NCBI RefSeq assembly: GCF_000829235.1
Contig: NZ_AP012549.1
Location: 2,160,001-2,192,000 of the forward strand
Reading direction: 5' to 3'
From: a cyanobacterium endosymbiont of Epithemia turgida isolate EtSB Lake Yunoko
Lineage (GTDB): Bacteria > Cyanobacteriota > Cyanobacteriia > Cyanobacteriales > Microcystaceae
Length of the DNA: 32,000 bases
The notes beneath the pieces were generated by a model that searched no databases, was not told the origin of the DNA, and worked only from the letters and a program-made list of their open reading frames with translations. Numbering within the stretch: position 1 is the first letter of the stretch; every line of letters begins with the position of its first letter. Both the position numbers and the translations under genes were made by a program. Shown piece after piece: positions 1 through 9,963 of this stretch.

Positions 1-6
1 TATTTT

Positions 7-540
7 TTATTCAACTTGTTGTCGTCGTTCCGCAAACCATTTTTGCAACTGTTGACGACATTCATTTTCATAGATACCTGAAATAACGGCTAAACGATGG
101 TTAGAACAGTAACTATCGGGCAAATTCAGTACTGTACGAATGGTTCCTGACTTAGGATCGTCACATCCATAAACGAGTAATCCTAAGCGAGATTGAATAA
201 TTGCTCCTGTACACATAGGACAGGGTTCAAGAGTAACGTAGAGTGTGCAGTCCTTTAAGTTCCAAGTATGCAATGTTTTAGCCGCAATGCGGATAGCCAT
301 AATTTCTGCATGAGCAGTAGGATCTTGATCTGTTTCTTTACGATTAGCTGTCTGGGCGATTAAATTTCCCTGACTATCAACAATAATAGCCCCTACGGGA
401 ACTTCTCCCATTTCTCCCGCCTTTTGTCCAAGGGTGAGTGCCTTTGCTATCCAATAAAGATGAGTGTGATAAGAGGTTTGGATAATCAATTGAAGTAACG
501 GAACGAGAACAACAAAAAACGGAGACAGACAAAGGTTCAA
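7..540 (-). CDS. tadA: tRNA-specific adenosine deaminase (TadA, CDA family)
   Basis: Zinc-binding motifs HAEIMAI and PCPMCTGAI, with the typical EVPVGAIIV segment. The track start at 540 is a TTG. An in-frame TTG at 489 would give a more typical ~160-aa protein, so the start is uncertain. Confidence 0.85.
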   Translation of the reverse strand: MNLCLSPFFVVLVPLLQLIIQTSYHTHLYWIAKALTLGQKAGEMGEVPVGAIIVDSQGNLIAQTANRKETDQDPTAHAEIMAIRIAAKTLHTWNLKDCTLYVTLEPCPMCTGAIIQSRLGLLVYGCDDPKSGTIRTVLNLPDSYCSNHRLAVISGIYENECRQQLQKWFAERRQQVE

Positions 541-962
541 GCTGTTTTAAGAAGTGTCTAAGCAGTTTAGCTAAACTTAAATGTTGACCAACTTAAATCT
601 TAATAATTGAAGAGTAGTCCAACAGGATTTTTTGTTAGACATACTACTATAATAAAACCATCAGGCTAAGTTTCAACAGCGTGAGCTTCCCACTCTAAAT
701 CTTTGTGATGAAATGTATATATCTTTTAAGATAAGATAGTACTGAATTTATAAGTTTAATGTCTGACCTTAATATTTTTATAGGGTTTTAACCTAAACAA
801 ACTTATCCTGTATAAATTAGTCTATAGATTAATTTTAAGAAAGCAATATTTAAGTAAAAAATACTAGATTAATTTTAGTTCTATTTGGAGTTATATGTAA
901 TAAGCTATAGGCTTTTCGTTGAGTTCAAAGTTATTTGAAAGAAAACAAGGAATAAATTATCT

Positions 963-2195
963 TTAATTCAAAATAACTGGCGGTAGTTTTAAAGACTTTG
1001 TTGCTGTGGTTAACGATACAGAATTACGTTTTAATTTAGGAGGCAAGCCTTGATTATATGAAGATAAAGGCTCAGTTAGTGTTTGAGTGTATTTAGCAGT
1101 GATTGGTAATTCAATAGCTGTAAATTCTTTCTTAGTCCTTTCTATGACTTTAAATTCAAACTGATGAGAAGATTTATGCTCAGTATTAAATAATTCAATA
1201 GTATAATTAACAGGGTAGTGTTCCCTACTATAAATTTTAAAAGGATAGTGAGTAATAATAACTTCTGTCATGGTCTGTAGTACAACTTTTCCTGATAAAT
1301 ACGGAAGACCTTCTAGCTTGTCAGGAATAACTAATGTTTGATTAAATGTATAGGGTAGAGTTTTATCGGAAAGACTACAGTCTATTTTCATGATCATCTC
1401 ATCAGTATAAGGATGTCTTAATTGATAGCAAAGTTGCGCTGTTAAAGCTAATTTTTCTCCATAACTTTGCGTATTAATTTTTCCTGCAATGGTAATATAT
1501 TCATCCGGATTTCCTTGAAATGTATCTTGCTCTAGGATAAGCTGGAGAGTTGTTGCTGTTATTTCGTCTGATGAAGATAACTCAAGAAAATTCTCTGAAC
1601 TATGTTGACAATCTGTCTCATAGTTGTCGGTCAATGGCTCTACTTTCTCCTTTACCAATTTTTCCAATTGATGGAGATAAAACTGGGCTATCTTATTAGA
1701 GGAGTTGTTAATGTAGGGAGTTCCGTAAATTTCTAATTTGTTGGAATGATTATACTGAGATAATTTTTTTTTTTCTTCTATAGAAATATCATTAATGGTA
1801 CCTCTAAAACAGTCGATTTGTGCGTCAAAAGAATTTCGGTTAGTCACAGTATCTAAAATCTGAAGTTTTAGAGTTTTCTGCCAAGTTTCACCAATCAATT
1901 CTGACATTATATCGTTGCGACAGCGTATTTCCCAAATTCCAGTAAATAATTCTTTAAATGCAAAAATCATCACTAACCCCTGTAGATTGACGTGACGAGA
2001 ATAGTTTTGAGTATTATAGGGGAAATCTTCACATGTTAAGGTTTGGTAACTAATGCGAACTTCAAGATCACTATCAAAGTGATTAGAATTAGCAAGAAGA
2101 CTATAAGTGCCTGGTTCAATTTCGAAGGTTAATGAGGGAATGGAAACCCATTGATGATCGCCTTCTTTTTGAATCAGAAATTCCCAAGATTTCAT
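963..2195 (-). CDS. Hypothetical protein of unknown function, probably co-transcribed with hisS
   Basis: Long uninterrupted ORF in AT-rich DNA. The track start at 2264 overlaps the hisS 3' end by 38 nt. The in-frame ATG at 2195 (MKSWEFLIQKEGDHQW...) lies 31 nt downstream of the hisS stop and is the more likely start. I recognise no motifs. Confidence 0.6.
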   Translation of the reverse strand: MKSWEFLIQKEGDHQWVSIPSLTFEIEPGTYSLLANSNHFDSDLEVRISYQTLTCEDFPYNTQNYSRHVNLQGLVMIFAFKELFTGIWEIRCRNDIMSELIGETWQKTLKLQILDTVTNRNSFDAQIDCFRGTINDISIEEKKKLSQYNHSNKLEIYGTPYINNSSNKIAQFYLHQLEKLVKEKVEPLTDNYETDCQHSSENFLELSSSDEITATTLQLILEQDTFQGNPDEYITIAGKINTQSYGEKLALTAQLCYQLRHPYTDEMIMKIDCSLSDKTLPYTFNQTLVIPDKLEGLPYLSGKVVLQTMTEVIITHYPFKIYSREHYPVNYTIELFNTEHKSSHQFEFKVIERTKKEFTAIELPITAKYTQTLTEPLSSYNQGLPPKLKRNSVSLTTATKSLKLPPVILN

Positions 2196-2226
2196 TGCTA
2201 CTTGCTCTATATAGTTACCAGTTTGT

Positions 2227-3504
2227 TTATATGTGTCTGGCCAACTGTTCTTTAAGTTCCCCAACTTGACTAATTAATTCTTCTTGGGTTAAAGTGTTCT
2301 GTTCTTTGCTGGCTAACCATTTAAGTTGAACGGTTTGAGTTTCAGCTTCCGTATCTCCAAATACAAGACAAGCAATCGCCCCACTGCGATCAGCTCGCTT
2401 AAATTGTTTCCCAAAAGCACCGCCACTGAGGTCTAATTCTACAGTTAAACCTTCATGACGTAATTTTTGGGCTATGACCAAGGCTTTGCTTTCGGCCTTT
2501 TTACCTTTAGACACAATGTATAAATCAGGAGATGTATTTGGAGTATCCTGTATTTGCTTCAGGAGAATGATTAGGCGTTCTATTCCAATCGCCCATCCTA
2601 TAGCTGGAATATCAGGTCCCCCTAGTTCAGCTACTAAATCATCGTAGCGACCTCCCCCACAAACTGTACTTTGTGCGCCAAGATCCTCTGATTGAATTTC
2701 AAAGACGGTATGAGTATAGTAATCTAAACCTCTCACTAGACAAGAATTTAATAAATAATTAATATTTAAATCCGTTAAAAATTGTTGAACTTGGTCAAAA
2801 TGCTTCTGGGACTCATACCCCAAATACTCAATAATATTAGGGGCACTTTGATTAATTTCTTTTATCCGTTGATTTTTACTATCTAGAATGCGCAAAGGGT
2901 TTCTTTCTAGACGATCTTGAGAATCAAGTTCCAATTCGTCTTTGTAGGGAAGAAAATAATTAACTAAGGCTTCTCGATAGCTTTGTCTATCATTGCGATT
3001 ACCGACGGAATTTAAATTTAATTTAAAACTTTGTAGCCCTAATGTTTTGAGAATATCAATTGCTAAGGCAATCACTTCTACATCTGCTCTAGGATCGCTA
3101 CTACCAAATAGTTCTAGACCGATTTGATTGAATTGCCGTTGACGGCCAGCTTGAGGACGTTCATAGCGAAACATTGGTCCCTTGTACCATAACCTTTGCA
3201 CTCCTCCTACAGCGTATAGGTTGTTTTGTAAAAAAGCACGAACAACGCCGGCCGTTCCCTCTGGACGTAAGGTTAAAGAACGATCTCCCCTATCTTTGAA
3301 AGTATACATTTCTTTGCCCACTACGTCGGTAGCTTCTCCTATACCTCGTTCAAACAACGACGTTTGCTCAAAAATAGGGGCTCGAATTTCCTGATACATT
3401 GCTCTACCAAGAATTTCTGTGGTAACAGTTTCTACATATCGCCAGTATTCAATCTCTGCTGGTAGTATATCCCGTGTTCCTGGTACTGTTTGAATTATAC
3501 CCAT
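2227..3504 (-). CDS. hisS: Histidine--tRNA ligase (class II aaRS)
   Basis: 425 aa with HisRS signatures (LRPEGTAGVVRA, FRYERPQAGRQRQF, GGGRYDDL) and a C-terminal anticodon-binding domain. Confidence 0.95.
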   Translation of the reverse strand: MGIIQTVPGTRDILPAEIEYWRYVETVTTEILGRAMYQEIRAPIFEQTSLFERGIGEATDVVGKEMYTFKDRGDRSLTLRPEGTAGVVRAFLQNNLYAVGGVQRLWYKGPMFRYERPQAGRQRQFNQIGLELFGSSDPRADVEVIALAIDILKTLGLQSFKLNLNSVGNRNDRQSYREALVNYFLPYKDELELDSQDRLERNPLRILDSKNQRIKEINQSAPNIIEYLGYESQKHFDQVQQFLTDLNINYLLNSCLVRGLDYYTHTVFEIQSEDLGAQSTVCGGGRYDDLVAELGGPDIPAIGWAIGIERLIILLKQIQDTPNTSPDLYIVSKGKKAESKALVIAQKLRHEGLTVELDLSGGAFGKQFKRADRSGAIACLVFGDTEAETQTVQLKWLASKEQNTLTQEELISQVGELKEQLARHI

Positions 3505-4821
3505 TGGGGCTGCACTTAAATTCTAAAATTTGCGCTAATGTAACACCAATTATTATAAAGCAATTAGCCGTTAATATAATAAAACAGGTTACTTAATTAT
3601 TAGTTAAATTTATTTGTATGACTGAGTATTTTGACATAAAGAGAAACACCATATAGAAAACTTGTAACAAAGTAAGTAAAATATTTAATTAGTCAATTAA
3701 ACATTTTTTAAAAAATAAACAATAAAATCAATAAAAATACTAAACAGTGTAAATCTTAAACTAATCCTTGACTGAATTTAATTAGATTTAAATTTGTATA
3801 TTTAATTTTTTATTAATTAATCTCTTTTGTTTTATTATATATAATAACTGTAATTTTTTTCTGCTCATCCATGTCTAAACATGATCAGATAGCTTCTATT
3901 ACTGCCATATAACCATGTCCATTTTGTTTTATTTTTTGCGATTTTTTCTCAATTATGGGGAATAAGTAAACTATAATTCACGAGTACCCTGAAAATTAGA
4001 TCTGATTCATCTAGATATTTTCAATGGATTACTTCCACAGTTTCACCAAGCACCTCATGATTTAATCAAGTAAGGTTTGTTCCATCTATCAATTGTTTCG
4101 AAACCTATTGGGCAAGCTTATTTTAAATAAATAGCAATTTTCATCACGTTCCACTCTATTACTAAAAATTTAATTGTACTGGCTCTATCTTTTGTTCTTT
4201 TAAGAACTTTTTTAGCTTTACTTTATTCAAAATAAAATTACTTTTATTTTCGGGTTTAAAAATCTCCTAAGAATAAGAAAATAATATCAATCAAGTAGAG
4301 TTTTTATGTTCAATTCTGTTAGTATATTTCGGTGTCTATTTGTTGTAAGCACTTTTCAATCTGTAACACTCACTGACTAACACAATAATACTTACTTCTG
4401 TTCTACTACTCAAGCTAAGTACGATAGGTCAGTAACTAATAAATTCCAAAACCTTTATTATCACTACACTTAACTATTGCACAAATTAAACTTATAGAGT
4501 TGTTAAAGCCCTACAAAGTAAGACTTTCAGCTTTTATCAAGTGTGATTGTCTCATAGCTGGGCTAGAAGAGTTATAATTCTCCAAGCTTGGGACTCCCTA
4601 AGATTCTAATAATATCATGGCTAATATACTGTATTTTTTCATCAAAAGACCTGTCCATCCTGGAGATATTTCCGTCAACTAAGTTCATATAATAAGCACT
4701 TCTTCTCTATTTTTTCAATAAGATATGTGATGGTGTAATGTCAATAATTCATAGCAATCAAATTACAACTTTAAATTTTTAAAAATAATCAATTAGCTAT
4801 AAAGATAAATCATAAAAAGAT

Positions 4822-5610
4822 ATGGAATTTTTTACAGTTTTTTTTTCAAGTTTATTAATGTTGTTTTCTCCTGTTGGTCTAGTAATTGATACAGTTGTAG
4901 CTGACACTATTCGTTCTCAAGTCAATGATGTTGAAGAATTAGCAGTTCGAATCGATAATACGCCTAGTTACCAATCAACTCAAGGAAGAATTAATCGGGT
5001 TCGTATTGCTAGTCGGGGCATAAAACCAATTAAAGATTTTAGAATAGAAGTTCTTGAACTAGAAACTGATTATATTGATGTTAATATCAACAATCTACAA
5101 ACCCAAAATATTAAAGAAATTAGACAGTCTTTACGAAAACCATTACAAGGAGGATTTAATTTAATTATTAAAGAAAGGGATATTAATCTAGCTCTAAAAT
5201 CAGATGAAATTAGAGAAAAATTAGAAAGAACTATTAATAGTATAGTTCCTAAACAAGTTCCTAAATTTAGGATATTAGCCCTTTGTGTTGAATTTAAACC
5301 TAAAAATCGCCTAGGAATTAAAGTAAAATTGCAGCAATCAAAAAGGTCTAATGAGGAAGATGCCCCTGAAACTATAGCACTGAATTTAGAAGCAGGATTT
5401 AAAGTAAAAAATGGACGATCAATCCAAGTCCTTGATCCAAGAGGTGAATTAAATGAGAAAACTCTATCAAAAAAATTTTTAAGTCGCTTTCAGCAATTTG
5501 ATTTAGCTGTCCTAGAAGAACAAGGCATTATTACTAGACTACTAAAATTAAAAGTAGATGAAGAAAGTCTCTCTCTTGTCTCATTTATTCGCTTAGAACC
5601 CTTAAAATAA
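4822..5610 (+). CDS. DUF2993 / LmeA-like envelope protein (hypothetical)
   Basis: N-terminal hydrophobic anchor (FFTVFFSSLLMLFSPVGLVI), followed by a repetitive beta-rich body resembling cyanobacterial DUF2993 proteins. The family call is from recollection, not a search. Confidence 0.5.
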   Translation: MEFFTVFFSSLLMLFSPVGLVIDTVVADTIRSQVNDVEELAVRIDNTPSYQSTQGRINRVRIASRGIKPIKDFRIEVLELETDYIDVNINNLQTQNIKEIRQSLRKPLQGGFNLIIKERDINLALKSDEIREKLERTINSIVPKQVPKFRILALCVEFKPKNRLGIKVKLQQSKRSNEEDAPETIALNLEAGFKVKNGRSIQVLDPRGELNEKTLSKKFLSRFQQFDLAVLEEQGIITRLLKLKVDEESLSLVSFIRLEPLK

Positions 5611-5687
5611 GAGAGAGAATCTAAAAAATGATAACCTGATTGCCAAACATCACAAACTTTTATCAGAGATAAAAACAGGAGATAACT

Positions 5688-6299
5688 ATGGATAATCGCC
5701 ATAATAATCATGAAAAAAATCGTTTATCTATTGGATTTATTGGTGGAATTATAGTCGCTATTTTAGTGACTGGAAGCGCAGTAACATGGTGGTCTATAAG
5801 TACTTTAAAAACATCTAACAACTCAACTAAAATTTCTACTGAAAGCTCAATAACTAAAGAGGATATTAAGACAGAGCTGGGAAAAGTTTACTGGTTAAAT
5901 GATAAAGGCGACCGTTTTGAATTGTCAGCAAGTCCGGTAATTGTAAAGAAATCAAGTGATAATCAAGAGATATTGAAAACTGCCCTAGAAAGTTTATTAG
6001 CAGGTTCTAAAAAACCTAAACAAATTACTACAATTCCTCAAGGAACCGAACTGTTAAACCTTACTTTAAATAAAGAAGGAGTAAAAATTGATCTATCCCA
6101 AGAATTTATTACAGGAGGTGGCAGCGCGTCTATGATTGGCCGTTTGGCTCAAATCCTTTACACATCAACCAGTCTTGATCCTAACACCAAGGTTTGGTTG
6201 ACAATAGACGGACGACTTTTAGAAGTTTTAGGAGGAGAAGGGGTAGAAATTGAACAACCGATGACCCGTCAATGGTTTAATGAAAACTTTGAATTGTAG
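5688..6299 (+). CDS. GerMN domain-containing membrane-anchored protein
   Basis: AGGAG Shine-Dalgarno 6 nt upstream of the ATG and an N-terminal TM helix (IGFIGGIIVAILVTGSAV). The C-terminal part resembles a GerMN domain (LESLLAG...IPQGTELLNLTL...VKIDLSQEF...ILYTSTSL...VWLTIDG). Confidence 0.65.
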   Translation: MDNRHNNHEKNRLSIGFIGGIIVAILVTGSAVTWWSISTLKTSNNSTKISTESSITKEDIKTELGKVYWLNDKGDRFELSASPVIVKKSSDNQEILKTALESLLAGSKKPKQITTIPQGTELLNLTLNKEGVKIDLSQEFITGGGSASMIGRLAQILYTSTSLDPNTKVWLTIDGRLLEVLGGEGVEIEQPMTRQWFNENFEL

Positions 6300-6342
6300 T
6301 TTTGATTACTTGAACTATTCGAACAATTAGGAGGATCTATTC

Positions 6343-7110
6343 TTAAAGTAAATGAGCGGAGTCTTGTTCTAAAAATAAATCTGCATCCGAGTGCTTTCGT
6401 AAAATTGAAGCAGGACAATGAGTGTTTATATGCTTTTTAAGCATTGTTTCAATAATTTTTGCTTTATTTTTTCCAAGTGCAAGACAAACAATTTTACGAG
6501 ACAATAAAATCATAGGGATAGTTAGAGTTATGGCATATTTAGGAACTTCATTTAGCTGGGTAAAATGCCCTTGATTAACTTGTACTTTACGGGTTTCCTC
6601 TTCTAAACGAACCAATTTAACCAAATAAGGATCATCAAATTTAGCAACAGCAGGTTCATTAAAAGCTAAATGTCCATTTGTCCCGATTCCTAAACAGCAT
6701 AAATCAATGGGTTTTTCTTGTAAGAGTTCAGTATAACGATCACATTCTTCAACAGGTTCTAGCGTATTTCCTTGAATATAATGAAATTGCTTCGGATAAA
6801 CTCTTTTTTCTACTCTCTTTTGAAGATAGTGACAAAAACTAGCCTGATGTTTTTCATTGATACCTAAATATTCATCTAAATGAAATAGGGTTATACGATT
6901 CCAATCTATTTTTTTAGTATCAATCAAAGCATCAAGAAACTGTAACTGTGAGTTTCCCGTTGCCAGTATCACTCTCGCTTCCTCCTTTTTTTCTAATACT
7001 TTTAATAAGTATTTTTGAGTAATCTCTGCTGATATTTTAGCCAAGTCTTTTTCAGTTTTAGAAATATAAACTGAAAGGCTATCAACCTTAAATTGATGTT
7101 TAGATTCCAT
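6343..7110 (-). CDS. nagB: Glucosamine-6-phosphate deaminase / 6-phosphogluconolactonase family protein (NagB-like)
   Basis: Motifs ILATGNS, FHLDEY and GIGTNGHLAFNEP. The track start at 7113 is a TTG immediately followed by an ATG at 7110, which I take as the start. Confidence 0.75.
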   Translation of the reverse strand: MESKHQFKVDSLSVYISKTEKDLAKISAEITQKYLLKVLEKKEEARVILATGNSQLQFLDALIDTKKIDWNRITLFHLDEYLGINEKHQASFCHYLQKRVEKRVYPKQFHYIQGNTLEPVEECDRYTELLQEKPIDLCCLGIGTNGHLAFNEPAVAKFDDPYLVKLVRLEEETRKVQVNQGHFTQLNEVPKYAITLTIPMILLSRKIVCLALGKNKAKIIETMLKKHINTHCPASILRKHSDADLFLEQDSAHLL

Positions 7111-7574
7111 CAAGAATTATAAAATTTTTTCCAAATTTATTTTAACGTATAACTTGAATTTAAAAATTGACTTATATTTTTGAGGAACGTCTAGAGTGGA
7201 ATAAAGACCTCTTCAAAGATAACCTTGATATTTTAATATTTTTCAAGAATTAAATTGAAATCAGTCTTAGGAGAACTAAAGCTAAAGATTTTAAATTTTC
7301 TAACTTCTTTATACTTTACGTTTCGTGATTTTGGACTGATAATAGATATATCATCGGTTTACTGTTATTTTTAAGAACATTGGATGATCATTGATATTAT
7401 CCAACAAGCAAGGAAACTAATTCATCTTGATTTATCAATAGCATTCGTTCGATTGGTGAGGTATACTAGAGTCTAGATTTGTTCTTAATGTTTGATATCC
7501 CTGATAGTGAAATTGATTGATGCCCTGTATGATTGGGAGCTTTCGAAAGGTGGTTCAGCGAAAGGAGGAATTCT

Positions 7575-7868
7575 GTGTCTACTGAAGTAATCAAAAGGAG
7601 ATCGCCATTTAGTACAAGTATTCGAAAACCAGCTCCTCGTTATCGTGTTCTACTCCATAATGATGACTTTAACTCTATGGAGTACGTTGTTCAGACCTTA
7701 ACGCAAACGGTGGCAGGGATGACTCAATCACAGGCAGTTGATATCATGATGGAAGCTCATAATAATGGAATAGCTTTAGTTATTGCCTGTGCCTTGGAAC
7801 ACGCTGAGTTTTATTGTGAAACCCTTAAAAATTACGGGTTAACTAGCACTATAGAACCAGATAATTAA
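7575..7868 (+). CDS. clpS: ATP-dependent Clp protease adaptor ClpS
   Basis: ClpS core YRVLLHNDDFNSMEYVVQTL...QAVDIMMEAHNNGIALV. The track ORF begins at a TTG at 7533. An in-frame GTG at 7575 sits 5 nt after a perfect AGGAGG (7564-7569) and is the likelier start. Confidence 0.85.
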   Translation: MSTEVIKRRSPFSTSIRKPAPRYRVLLHNDDFNSMEYVVQTLTQTVAGMTQSQAVDIMMEAHNNGIALVIACALEHAEFYCETLKNYGLTSTIEPDN

Positions 7869-7896
7869 TTGTCTTTATAATTGCAAATTATAACTC

Positions 7897-8724
7897 TTGA
7901 AGTCTGATCTTACTCGTATTAGTCATTGCTCAGCCCCGATTCGGCTGGGGGTTTTTGTTGTCATATTATTGTTGCTGTGGATTCCAGTGGCAATTCCCAT
8001 CTATTTGGCGCTTAGGTCAGACCCAAACTTAACAACAATTGTTAGTATGGGATTATTATATTTAGAGTTTATTGGGCTGTTATTTATTTGGAATAGAAAC
8101 ATTTATGGCAATTTTTATTGGTGGAAACAATATGGATTAGTTTTAAGTAAAAAAAATGGATTCGAATATTTCCAAGGATTAAGTCTTGGTTTGGGATTTA
8201 CTTTTGGTTTGTTTGTTGTTGAATCAATTTTAGGGTGGGTTAATTTTTCTATCCCTTCTCTCAGAATTATTCAAGTGATTTTTGAAGGATTATTAAGCTC
8301 TTCAGGAATTGCATTTGCTGAGGAGTTATTATTTCGGGGATGGTTACTAGAAGAGTTAAACCGAAATTACATTTCGTCAACTGTATTGTGGATTGATTCT
8401 TTATTTTTTGCTGGATTACATTTCGTTAAACCGTTAGCAGAAGTCATTAGAACTTTCCCACAATTTCCTGCATTATTGTTGTTAGGATTAATCTTGGTCT
8501 GGGCTAAACGTAGTTATGGAAATCGTTTAGGAATTTGTATTGGTTTACATGGAGGATTGGTGTGGGGGTATTATATCCTAAATGTAGGTCAACTTTTAGA
8601 CTACACAGAAAAAGTATCTCCTTGGATCACAGGAATTGATAATAATCCTATTGCTGGAGTAATGGGCTTATTATCTCTTGGAATTTTAGGTTTTTGGATA
8701 AGAAAAAAAGCCAAGATAAACTAA
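7897..8724 (+). CDS. CPBP family intramembrane glutamic endopeptidase (CAAX protease/Abi-like)
   Basis: Multi-pass membrane protein with motifs FAEELLFRGW and FFAGLHF. It has a TTG start and no upstream ATG, so the start is uncertain. Confidence 0.8.
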   Translation: MKSDLTRISHCSAPIRLGVFVVILLLLWIPVAIPIYLALRSDPNLTTIVSMGLLYLEFIGLLFIWNRNIYGNFYWWKQYGLVLSKKNGFEYFQGLSLGLGFTFGLFVVESILGWVNFSIPSLRIIQVIFEGLLSSSGIAFAEELLFRGWLLEELNRNYISSTVLWIDSLFFAGLHFVKPLAEVIRTFPQFPALLLLGLILVWAKRSYGNRLGICIGLHGGLVWGYYILNVGQLLDYTEKVSPWITGIDNNPIAGVMGLLSLGILGFWIRKKAKIN

Positions 8725-9006
8725 TTATATCGATAGTTTAATTACACAGCAGTTTAGTTATCTTTTGAGTATAATAAAGAACCAAATATTAACTAAACCT
8801 AATCAAAATTGACTGCAATTGCCATAAATTTTAAAATTCTTATAAACAGAACTATTCATTATTGTTTTTTACTGTTCACACATAACTGGAAATATTTGGT
8901 TTTTTGAAAATTTTTCAGTTATTTCATGGACGATGTTTTTCTTCTCCGTGGTATTGTTATTATGATGCAATAGTCCATTTTGCTTGAATCCCTAAGAGTA
9001 GAACGT

Positions 9007-9278
9007 TTGAATATTACAATCACTGATTTACCTAGTTTTTAGACTTACATTTACAACGGATTAAATTTATATGAAGAATTATTAGCTGAGACAGTCACAG
9101 TAAGTAATCACGGTAACCCTAGTCTGGCACTACTAACTAGAGACTATATTATTGGTAAACCTATATATCAGTTGATGAATTGACTAACAATTTACAGTAT
9201 CTTAAAAGTTTTATGGAAATTTATACTGTGTTAAACAATCATGCTCATTATCAGGATAAATCTCTGCTGAAAGAATAG
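9007..9278 (+). pseudogene. Degraded Phd/YefM-like antitoxin gene (in-frame TAG plus a frameshift)
   Basis: Translation from the TTG at 9007 reads (M)NITITDLPSF*TYIYNGLNLYEELLAETVTVSNHGNPSLALLTRDYIIGKPIYQLMN*. The +1 frame from 9174 continues DELTNNLQYLKSFMEIYTVLNN... to a TAG at 9276-9278. The layout (beta1 ITITDL, a helix, then ETVTVxxHGxPxxALL) resembles Phd/YefM antitoxins. No partner toxin ORF is visible. Confidence 0.35.
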
Positions 9279-9412
9279 CATCACATACAAAAATCAACTC
9301 TATATTAATCAAGGATTAAAAACCTGTTTTATTCGAAGACCATATTGTTCTCTCAAAGTGACACTCATTACATTAACTGTCTAGTAACTCAAGTTAACTG
9401 TAATAAAAATCA

Positions 9413-9898
9413 CTAAATTAGATTAATCAAAGCATCCCTAACCGTAGGGGGAAGATGATGCATAATTTTTCCTTTTTCGCGATCAACCGCCACTAAAGTT
9501 ATCGCTCCAGTAACATAACATTCCTGTGTATTTAGAGATTCGACGCGACAATCAAAATTCATCTGTACTCCAGTAATTTGATTTATCCGAGTTTTAATAA
9601 TCGCTTCTTGTCCTAACTGAATAAAATGGTGATAACAGAGAGATAATTCAATCACAGGAAGATGAAAGCCTAATTTTACCAATTCTGCAAAATCAATACC
9701 CACAGAGCGCAAATATTCAACTCTAGCTTCTTCTATCCAAGTTAAATAAGTTCCATGCCAAACTGTTCCTGAATAGTCAGTATGGTGAGGTTGAACACGC
9801 ACAGTATACTTAAACCACTGATCAGTAGTTGCTTGCAGGATATTTTCAGGAGATATCGCTACGTTGGGAGGTAATTTGGGTTGAGATTGGGAAGACAA
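9413..9898 (-). CDS. Hotdog-fold acyl-CoA thioesterase (YbgC/4HBT family; possibly DHNA-CoA thioesterase of phylloquinone synthesis)
   Basis: 161 aa with an N-terminal catalytic region (VRVQPHHTDYSGTVWHGTYLTWIEEARVEYL) typical of 4HBT-type thioesterases. TTG start. It lies 65 nt downstream of pcrA on the same strand. Confidence 0.7.
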   Translation of the reverse strand: MSSQSQPKLPPNVAISPENILQATTDQWFKYTVRVQPHHTDYSGTVWHGTYLTWIEEARVEYLRSVGIDFAELVKLGFHLPVIELSLCYHHFIQLGQEAIIKTRINQITGVQMNFDCRVESLNTQECYVTGAITLVAVDREKGKIMHHLPPTVRDALINLI

Positions 9899-9963
9899 GT
9901 TAAACTAACTCCAATTATGGATTAAAGTTATTAACAATAATATCGTATTTGCTTGTTATTAGT

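Noticed and set aside
2196-2264. N-terminal 23-codon extension of the 433-aa ORF overlapping hisS
   Set aside because: The extension overlaps the hisS 3' end by 38 nt. The internal ATG at 2195 gives a non-overlapping, sensible start. I kept it only as an alternative.
3182-3394. 70-aa + strand ORF
   Set aside because: It is entirely antisense to the well-supported hisS CDS and has no motifs. It is a typical shadow ORF.
5490-5711. 73-aa - strand ORF
   Set aside because: It overlaps the 3' end of the DUF2993-like gene and the start and RBS of the GerMN gene on the opposite strand, with low-complexity sequence. It is a shadow ORF.
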